Below are positions 56,845-64,000 of a stretch of DNA of 64,000 bases, in pieces. A program made the translations under genes and the position numbers. Position 1 is the stretch's first letter; each line of letters opens with the position of its first letter. Below the pieces are notes generated by a model. That model was not told the DNA's origin, made no database searches, and saw only the letters and a list, made by a program, of their open reading frames with translations. Origin of the DNA: Candidatus Woesearchaeota archaeon (GTDB lineage: Archaea > Nanobdellota > Nanobdellia > Woesearchaeales > GW2011-AR9); NCBI GenBank assembly GCA_023265685.1, contig JAHFSP010000002.1, positions 5,713 through 69,712 of the forward strand. Direction: 5' to 3'.

Positions 56845-58931
56845 GAGATCAACTCCGGAGCTGGAATGGCGAGACTATCTTGATCAAGCTTGGTCATCAG
56901 ATTAATAACTCCTGTATTGGAAGTGTCAGTAGGAACTAATGTGTGAATCACAATTTTGTGTGTGTTTTCGAGCTGATTCCAGACAACTGTCCAGTTGCCT
57001 TTGTAGCCGCCGATGACTTCTCCTCCCCCCTCATCACTGATACCGCCTTTGAGCAAGAGAACTTCTAGTGGATAGGTAAAGTCAGCTTGAGCGAGAAATT
57101 GGAGTTCTTGTTTTTGGCTGATTTCAGGGTCAAGGCTTGATGAGATGATTGTTTTTACGTCATGGAAATGGGATGAGAATGGATCGCGAGAGGTCATGTT
57201 ACCATCATAATAAAATGAGATAAATGCAGTAACATCGTCAGAGAGTTTTTGAGCAGGCCCAATTTGGGAAGAGGAGGTGAATTGGTGTGTTACTATTTCA
57301 ACATTGGATAGGGGGAATGCCTCAAGAGGGATTAATTCTAATTCTACCTCACCGTCGGGGTTGCTGACGACGCGTTTCCAGTCTTCTTTGTAGCCGTCTT
57401 TACTTGCGCGAACAATGGCACCTCCACAGAGTGGAACGTTGGTACGAGTTGCTGCAACATCACCCATGCCGGCAAAATCATATTGGGTTTGCGCGATTGC
57501 ATCACATTGATATTGTAAACAATTGTAGGAAATATCTGCACCCTCTAGAGGAGTACGGGAATAGACACCTTCATTGTTATTGACTAATTGATAGGTTTTG
57601 AATGTAAATGGAACTGTTCCTGCTTGACAGAATTGATCATTATCGTAGGTGCCAAATACAACCGCTGTTCCTTGATGAGGCGTGTCTTTGCGATTGGGGA
57701 TGTTATGGTGTAGATGAACCGTAAATGAACTTTTGAAGTCGTATCCAGTTGTTTCATCATGAACTCGTACCACGACGGGAAAGCTTACATCGTAGGTAAA
57801 TTTCCACGACTGCATACAGAAGAAAGAGAGTAGAGAATTGTGCTGTCCAAAAGAATTACTGCGTAACGCATTACCACTACGTGGGCTCACATCAAACGTA
57901 AATGGATAATTGTCATCAAATGTGAAGACAACGGAGAGTTCATCGCCATACGATACATCATCGCCAAGGTTCCAGAAATAATGATTTTGATAATAAGGGA
58001 GATCTGCAGGGTATTGGTTGATGTTGGTGCCTTTCACTTTCAGTTGTGCAAGATTAACGCGCAAAAGGTCTTTGAGGGTTTGTTTGACTTTGTCAAGCGG
58101 CCAGCGTTTGGGAGCACAACTGACTTCAAATCCGGCAACAGGTAAATCTTTATGCTCTAATGCGATGAGATCTTGGGTAAGATCTTCTAGTTTGAGGTCA
58201 CGTAGTTCAACATCGAGAATTCGACGAGAGAGGTCGTAGGCATGTTTGAGTTTGATGTCTGATTCAGCAACATGATTTGCAACTTCGGTTACAATCTCGC
58301 CGTTTTTGTCTTTAACGAGAAGATCCCAATGGACATTGAAAATGATTTTACTTTCGACGATTTCAGTGTTGCCAGTAATGGGACTGCGTTCTTCGACATC
58401 GTAGGAATCTAGTTTTCCTAATTCAAAGACGCAATTATGTAATTTTTGTTCAAGTTCATGATCCAGTTGGGTTTTGATGTCTTCAAGGCTGGGGTAAAGA
58501 GTGTTTTCACCATACGCCCAATAGGGAAGATCTGAAACGGGAGAGGTTTGTAAGTATAGATTAGCGTTATCTGCAATCTGGGAAGGAATGGTGAGATAAC
58601 CTCCTTGTTGACCAAGGGTGCGTACAGCATTTTCTCCGACGTTAGTAATACAAGAAGTGATAAGTTGTTCGATACGATTTTTTTCGGTGGGGATGATTTC
58701 TCCAGGTTTGAATGTGACCACTTGGGTTTTGATAGCGATAATAAGAATGATGGAGAGTAACGCAACAATTCCTAAGATGATGAAAATGGTGACTTGACCA
58801 CGGCGAGTGGGTATTGTGGTGAGAGAGGGTATTGTGGGAGGTATTGGAGAATGCGAGTTGGGATTAGAGTGAGCTGATAATTGAACAGAGGACGGACTAC
58901 TACGGACACGATCAAACCTCTTTTGTAACAT
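56841..58931 (-). CDS. large prepilin-like protein with class III signal peptide
   Basis: RRG|QVTIFIILGIVALLSIILII; I.SC.......LGQQGGY; TTTATAAA about 25 nt upstream. Confidence 0.75.
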   Translation of the reverse strand: MLQKRFDRVRSSPSSVQLSAHSNPNSHSPIPPTIPSLTTIPTRRGQVTIFIILGIVALLSIILIIAIKTQVVTFKPGEIIPTEKNRIEQLITSCITNVGENAVRTLGQQGGYLTIPSQIADNANLYLQTSPVSDLPYWAYGENTLYPSLEDIKTQLDHELEQKLHNCVFELGKLDSYDVEERSPITGNTEIVESKIIFNVHWDLLVKDKNGEIVTEVANHVAESDIKLKHAYDLSRRILDVELRDLKLEDLTQDLIALEHKDLPVAGFEVSCAPKRWPLDKVKQTLKDLLRVNLAQLKVKGTNINQYPADLPYYQNHYFWNLGDDVSYGDELSVVFTFDDNYPFTFDVSPRSGNALRSNSFGQHNSLLSFFCMQSWKFTYDVSFPVVVRVHDETTGYDFKSSFTVHLHHNIPNRKDTPHQGTAVVFGTYDNDQFCQAGTVPFTFKTYQLVNNNEGVYSRTPLEGADISYNCLQYQCDAIAQTQYDFAGMGDVAATRTNVPLCGGAIVRASKDGYKEDWKRVVSNPDGEVELELIPLEAFPLSNVEIVTHQFTSSSQIGPAQKLSDDVTAFISFYYDGNMTSRDPFSSHFHDVKTIISSSLDPEISQKQELQFLAQADFTYPLEVLLLKGGISDEGGGEVIGGYKGNWTVVWNQLENTHKIVIHTLVPTDTSNTGVINLMTKLDQDSLAIPAPELIS

Positions 58932-59148
58932 CGAGATTATGATAGCAAGATGATTTATAAAGCTTATGCTCTTTCACCGACTGTAAAAGTAGGTGTGGTT
59001 TAGGGCATTTGACGATTGCGTTTCACGCCACCTAAGAATATGAGGAAAAATTGCATTTAACGAGATAGTCTTAGTGATTTAGGAGAGGTTTAATGGTAAA
59101 AATAGATAGAAATAATAGAGATTTTGTTAAACTAGACATTTTGTTAAA

Positions 59149-59961
59149 TTATCCAATATAACGAGAATCGTCTTCTCTGCCTTGGGTGCCGGGCATGGAG
59201 TTGGAATGCATCTCTGCAGTCCATTCTTGAGTTCGATTCAGATTTTCTTTTTCTAATTCTATGACGTCTTTGGTGAGCTTAGCAAGATTTAGATTATACT
59301 TGTATTTTAAGTTGATGAGACGGATAAGTTCACGGGCTCCGGTTACGCCCATATACAAAGGGTCGACATTTGTTTCAGCTAATAGTGCAACAGTATTAAT
59401 TCCACGACGCACACCTAGGCCTAAGAGTACCCCTGAAACACCAATGATAGGGCCAACTGCACCATAAATGGTTTTTTCGACCCCTAGGCTTTTTGAAGTA
59501 TATTCTTTGAGTAATGATGAGGTGTTGCTAGTACAATATACTTTGGGGTGTTGAGGAGCGGAATGGAGGCCTATGCCGCCTAAGGCCACGATATGTGGGC
59601 AGTCGAAGCGTTTGGCTATTTTGATAACTTCCTCACAAAAAGTATAGCAGCCTTCTTCATCAATCGGTTGGATGTCACCAGCGAGAATTAAGAGGTCTCT
59701 TTTTTTTGATTGAGGAGGAAATTTTTTGTAGTATAATTCAATTTTTGGGGAGTCGACAAGGTTTTGTTCATTCACGAAGACGGAATGAGGAAATTTATGT
59801 GAGAAGAAAGAGTATAGTTTGATTGCTTTACACTCTTCAATGAGAAAGTCAGCAGTGATTTTGCCTACACAACCAATACCCGGTAAGCCTTCGATAAGAA
59901 GGGGTTTATTGAGAGAGGGTAGAGTTTTCACTTCCGGTACTACTTCCCATATTGCCGACAT
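59149..59961 (-). CDS. PAC2 family proteasome assembly chaperone
   Basis: LIEGLPGIG.VGKI, L.GD.QP, LGG, G.I.G.SG.LLG, LLAET. Confidence 0.92.
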   Translation of the reverse strand: MSAIWEVVPEVKTLPSLNKPLLIEGLPGIGCVGKITADFLIEECKAIKLYSFFSHKFPHSVFVNEQNLVDSPKIELYYKKFPPQSKKRDLLILAGDIQPIDEEGCYTFCEEVIKIAKRFDCPHIVALGGIGLHSAPQHPKVYCTSNTSSLLKEYTSKSLGVEKTIYGAVGPIIGVSGVLLGLGVRRGINTVALLAETNVDPLYMGVTGARELIRLINLKYKYNLNLAKLTKDVIELEKENLNRTQEWTAEMHSNSMPGTQGREDDSRYIG

Positions 59962-60120
59962 GGTTTTAGAGAGAAGAAATGAGGTTTATATACGTTTGGA
60001 TTAAAAAATTATTTTTAAGATATATTTCTACATGATTATGACCTCGTTATTCACAACTACATTTTTACCTAAGCTGATTCAGGCATAATCTTTAAAAGAG
60101 TGATGAATTTGAGAAGAGAT

Positions 60121-61521
60121 ATGGAATTGACGTTGTTTAATACTCTTACTCGAAGTAAAGAGAGATTTAATTCACTCACTCCATTGCATGTGGGAATGTA
60201 TACCTGCGGCCCCACTGTGTATAATTTCATGCATATTGGAAATTTGAGATCATTTCTTTTTGAGGATGTTCTTCGTCGTACATTGATGTTGAATGATTAC
60301 AAAGTTGAACACGTTATGAATATTACCGATGTTGGCCATCTTACGTCTGACGCTGATGATGGTGAAGACAAGATGCTTAAAGGAGCAAAGCGTGAGCAAA
60401 AAACGGTCTGGGAAATTGCTGAGTTTTATACGCATGCGTTTGTGGCTGATTGTCAGAGATTGAATTTACTTGCACCAACTGTTTTGTGTAAAGCAACAGA
60501 CCATATCACTGAACAGATAAATATGATTCGGGCGTTGGAAAAGAAAGGATTTACCTATGTTCATGGGGGAAACGTGTATTTTGATACGTCAAAGCTGCCT
60601 GACTATGGAAAATTAGCTCGACTGCAATTGAACGCGGAGACAAAAGCTCGTGTTGATCAAGACGAGAATAAGAAACACCCTCACGATTTTGTGTTGTGGT
60701 TTACGAAGTCTAAATTTCAAGACCAGGAGATGAAATGGCCTTCGCCATGGGGCGTAGGATATCCTGGGTGGCACATTGAGTGTTCAGCAATGGCGACAAA
60801 ATATCTAGGTGAGCAGTTCGATATTCATTGTGGGGGCATTGACCATATCCCTGTGCACCATACCAACGAAATTGCACAAACAGAAGGAGTTACCGGTAAA
60901 AAGCCATGGGTGAAATATTGGATGCATGGTGAATTTCTCGTCATTTCGTCGGGTGAGAAGATGGCCAAATCTGGAGAAAACTTTGTGATTTTACAGACGT
61001 TGATTGATAGAGGTATTGATCCGCTTGATTATCGTTATTTCTGTTTGGGTACTCATTATCGTAACCCATTAATGTTTTCCTTTGAAGCGTTGGAGGGTGC
61101 AAAGAATGCGCGTCGACGATTGAATGAGAAAGTACTTGAATTTAAAAAAGAAGGAGCTCAAATAATTGATAGATTAGAGAGAAAAGCGTTTGGATATTTA
61201 GACAACTTTACTAGTGATGTCAATGATGATCTTAATACTCCTAAAGCGTTGGCAATTGTTTGGGATGTTGTTAAAGATGATGAATTAACTGTTTCTGAAA
61301 AGTATAGCTTGCTTTTGAAAATGGATGCTGTTTTAGGTTTGAAACTTGATCACGTGATGGAAGAGAAAGTACCGGCTGCTGTTGTTAGGTTAGCGCATGA
61401 GAGATTGAAAGCTCGTGTGGCAAGGGATTGGATCAAATCTGATGAATTGCGTGCCGAGATTGATGCGATGGGCTGGATTGTGGGCGATACAAAAGAAGGT
61501 TTTGAGTTGAAGAAGAAGTAA
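60121..61521 (+). CDS. cysS: cysteinyl-tRNA synthetase
   Basis: YTCGPTVY..HIGN, NITDVGH, PGWHIECSAM, DIHCGG.DH...HH.NE, KMAKS. Confidence 0.98.
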   Translation: MELTLFNTLTRSKERFNSLTPLHVGMYTCGPTVYNFMHIGNLRSFLFEDVLRRTLMLNDYKVEHVMNITDVGHLTSDADDGEDKMLKGAKREQKTVWEIAEFYTHAFVADCQRLNLLAPTVLCKATDHITEQINMIRALEKKGFTYVHGGNVYFDTSKLPDYGKLARLQLNAETKARVDQDENKKHPHDFVLWFTKSKFQDQEMKWPSPWGVGYPGWHIECSAMATKYLGEQFDIHCGGIDHIPVHHTNEIAQTEGVTGKKPWVKYWMHGEFLVISSGEKMAKSGENFVILQTLIDRGIDPLDYRYFCLGTHYRNPLMFSFEALEGAKNARRRLNEKVLEFKKEGAQIIDRLERKAFGYLDNFTSDVNDDLNTPKALAIVWDVVKDDELTVSEKYSLLLKMDAVLGLKLDHVMEEKVPAAVVRLAHERLKARVARDWIKSDELRAEIDAMGWIVGDTKEGFELKKK

Positions 61522-61531
61522 AAAATATTTA

Positions 61532-61918
61532 TCACAGTGGATGCTTTGCCACTCTTTGTTCTAATTGGGTTTGTGTGAGGTAAAGTCCTTGCTTTCGTGC
61601 TTGATCTACTTCTGTTTGTTTGGCTCGAAGAACTCCTTGCAAGCTAATTTCTAAACCGCTGTCACGTACACGTTCTTCAATCTTTTTTTCTGCTTTGCTC
61701 ATACCACCGTAATGACGAATGGGCTTGCCTAAGATTCTTTGTTCTATAAAATAAGGTGCTGATTCTAACGGCATGGCAACATATCCAATACATACTGAAA
61801 TATCTATGGCTGTTTCGCTTTGTGGAGTTGTGATCGCCCAATAGAGATGGGGTTTGCGTTTTTCATTTACTTCTTGCATGCGTTTAAGATGAGACCATTC
61901 TTTAAAAATGATTGTCAA
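61532..61918 (-). CDS. hypothetical protein
   Basis: 128-aa ORF filling gap. Confidence 0.5.
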   Translation of the reverse strand: MTIIFKEWSHLKRMQEVNEKRKPHLYWAITTPQSETAIDISVCIGYVAMPLESAPYFIEQRILGKPIRHYGGMSKAEKKIEERVRDSGLEISLQGVLRAKQTEVDQARKQGLYLTQTQLEQRVAKHPL

Positions 61919-61945
61919 AGAATAAGTGAGAGAAGAGGTACAGTT

Positions 61946-63598
61946 CTACAATGGACACAACAAATTTCCTAATTCTTCACCCCAGACTTTGGTGTTTTCA
62001 CTGTAGTCGATAGGGCATTCGATGATCACGGGGCCTTTTTGTTTGAATGCTTTTTCTAAGAGCGGTGTGAGATCGGTTGCTTTCTCTACTTTGTATCCTA
62101 CTGCGCCGTAGGCTTGGGCATATTTGACGAAATCGGGATTGCCGTAATCAAGTGCGAAGTCTTTGAAGCCAGCTGTTTGTTGTTTCCATTTGATGAAGCC
62201 ATAGGCGTTATCGTTGACAATGAGTATGACAACATTAAGACCAAGACGTACAGCTGTCTCAAGTTCTTGGGAGTTCATCATAAATCCACCATCGCCACAA
62301 ACGGCAAGCACACGTTTTTGAGGATAGAGTAATTTTGCGGCCATGGCACTTGGGAGGCCTGCGCCCATTGTGGCAAGAGCGTTGTCAAGAAGGAATGTCC
62401 CAATATTGTAGGTAGGGTAATGACGAGAGAACCAAAGTTTGTAGATGCCGTTGTCAAGGCATACGATGTCTTCTTTACCAAGAGCTGTACGACACTCTTT
62501 GACGATGCGTCGAGGTCTGAGAGGAAACGCAGGGTCATTGGCACCTTCTTCTAGGAGTTTTTTGGTAAGTTCTGTTTTGATTTTTTTCTCGTAGATCCCA
62601 TTGTTATGATATCCTTTTAACTCTTGTGTAAGAGCAGTAAGACTTTGTCCGATGTCTCCAATTATTTCCCACGTTGGATTGTAATAAATATCAACTTCGG
62701 CAGGGGTAAAATCTATATGGAGAATTTTTTTGTCCATTTCTTTATTCCAGACACTGGGAGGATGTTCTCCAACAGAATAACCGATAGTGATGAGGAGATC
62801 GGCACGTTCAACAACGCAATTAACGTAATCTTTTTTGTGTAGACCAAATGAGTAGAGGGATTGGGGATGGTCGTCACCGAGTACTCCTTTTCCAAGTTGG
62901 GTATGGACTGCATAGAGACCAGTTACACTGCAGAGTTGTTTGATTGCAGCACTCACACTTCGACGTTGGGCACGGCTTGAGACGATAAGAAGAGGATTTT
63001 TCGCTGCACGAATCATTTCAGCAGCAGTAGTAATAGTTTTTTGATCAGCAATAGGACGACGCATCTGAGTGGCGTGGTATGAACTGAATTTTTCATCGAC
63101 TTGTTCATGGGCAATATCCTCAGGAAGTTCGATGTGGCAGACACCGTGACGTTCGGTCGTTGCGAGTTTGAATGCAGTACGAATTTCTTTGGGAATTGAT
63201 TTAGGGCCTTGAATCTGTACGGCACGTTTAGTGAGTGGACGTAGAATATTGACGACGTCGAGGACTTGAAAACTGGCTTGAACATTTTCTCTTATCCCTT
63301 TTTGGCCTGTGAGAGCAATCATGGGCATGCCGCCAAGATGGGCATGAGCAATCCCCGTGACGAGGTTTGTGGCACCTGGTCCGAGTGTTGAGAGACATAC
63401 TCCGGGCTTTCCAGTAAGACGACCATAGGTTGCAGCCATGAATGCGGAACATTGTTCATGACGATTCACAATAACTTTAATTTTAGAGGGACGTAATGAT
63501 TCGAGAAGATCAAGATTTTCTTCTCCTGGTACCGCAAAGACATACTCTACTCCTTCTTGTTCAAGACATCGGACAAATAAATCGCTGGCTTTGATCAT
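61946..63598 (-). CDS. acetolactate synthase large subunit-like ThDP enzyme
   Basis: PGEEN, RHEQ, TLGPGATN, GDGGFMMNSQE...ND ThDP motif. Confidence 0.92.
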   Translation of the reverse strand: MIKASDLFVRCLEQEGVEYVFAVPGEENLDLLESLRPSKIKVIVNRHEQCSAFMAATYGRLTGKPGVCLSTLGPGATNLVTGIAHAHLGGMPMIALTGQKGIRENVQASFQVLDVVNILRPLTKRAVQIQGPKSIPKEIRTAFKLATTERHGVCHIELPEDIAHEQVDEKFSSYHATQMRRPIADQKTITTAAEMIRAAKNPLLIVSSRAQRRSVSAAIKQLCSVTGLYAVHTQLGKGVLGDDHPQSLYSFGLHKKDYVNCVVERADLLITIGYSVGEHPPSVWNKEMDKKILHIDFTPAEVDIYYNPTWEIIGDIGQSLTALTQELKGYHNNGIYEKKIKTELTKKLLEEGANDPAFPLRPRRIVKECRTALGKEDIVCLDNGIYKLWFSRHYPTYNIGTFLLDNALATMGAGLPSAMAAKLLYPQKRVLAVCGDGGFMMNSQELETAVRLGLNVVILIVNDNAYGFIKWKQQTAGFKDFALDYGNPDFVKYAQAYGAVGYKVEKATDLTPLLEKAFKQKGPVIIECPIDYSENTKVWGEELGNLLCPL

Positions 63599-63680
63599 AG
63601 TGGCACCTTGTTGATTTTGAATTTTGAATTTTTTTAGTTTTATAATTTTTTATGATTTTGTTGAAATGTCCTTTGGATAA

Positions 63681-64000
63681 TTACGGTTCATACACGTTAA
63701 TTGTTTTTATATTGACGAATTCTTTAATTCCGTAGTGGGATAACTCTCGACCATACCCACTCTTTTTAATTCCTCCGATGGGAAGAAGGGGATGGCTTTT
63801 GGAAATGGAATTGATGAAGATGGCGCCAGCGTTGATTTTGTGGGCAAGATGTTTTGCTTTTTTGAGATCTTGTGTCCAGAGAGAGGCGCTTAGACCAAAT
63901 TCTGTTTGATTGGCAATTTGAATTGCTTCGTCATCATTTTCAACGACGATAATTGGTGCAATAGGCCCAAATGTTTCGGTACACACTGCGTTCATTTGAG
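63681..64000 (-). CDS. aldehyde dehydrogenase (SSADH-like), 5'-truncated by window edge
   Basis: ETFGP, AN.T.FGL.AS, GG.K.SGYGRE. Confidence 0.92.
   Translation of the reverse strand, partial: QMNAVCTETFGPIAPIIVVENDDEAIQIANQTEFGLSASLWTQDLKKAKHLAHKINAGAIFINSISKSHPLLPIGGIKKSGYGRELSHYGIKEFVNIKTINVYEP

Noticed and set aside
58985..59040. TAGGTG/CACCTA hairpin upstream of the surface operon
   Set aside because: Short, imperfect and upstream of the TATA box; cannot be distinguished from chance or a terminator of the PAC2 gene
1..64000. CRISPR array, cas genes, rRNA, integrase or transposase
   Set aside because: No regularly spaced repeat-spacer array, rRNA-like tract or recognisable recombinase ORF seen

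Overview
This AT-rich, gene-dense window looks archaeal. It has archaeal-type uL1/uL10(P0)/P1 genes, a PAC2 chaperone, TrmB regulators, TTTATAAA-type TATA boxes about 25 nt before many start codons, and BHB-type tRNA introns. Many genes are bacterial-type (metK, dnaK/dnaJ/grpE, mutM, tgt, queA, trhO). That mix, plus RRG|Q class III signal peptides, suggests a DPANN archaeon, probably Woesearchaeota-like (inference). Best candidate for a new system: a translationally coupled four-gene cell-surface operon (58931->47466). It encodes two prepilin-like proteins, a 2025-aa Cys-rich protein and a secreted SGNH-esterase/lytic-transglycosylase fusion, and may be a machine for attacking or attaching to bacterial peptidoglycan. 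Second highlight: a bacterial-type tRNA wobble-modification neighbourhood (truD, trhO fused to an extra beta-barrel, divergent tgt and queA, TrmR-like O-methyltransferase). Non-coding signals read from the DNA: a tRNA-Arg with two introns (one at 59/60), an intron-containing tRNA-Asn, a TA-flanked 153-bp MITE that supplies a stop codon, an unexplained ~155-nt structured element, and a permuted uL1-binding leader. Also found: two unannotated microproteins and an apparently identical 872-bp intragenic duplication. All assignments come from motif recognition by eye; no searches were run.
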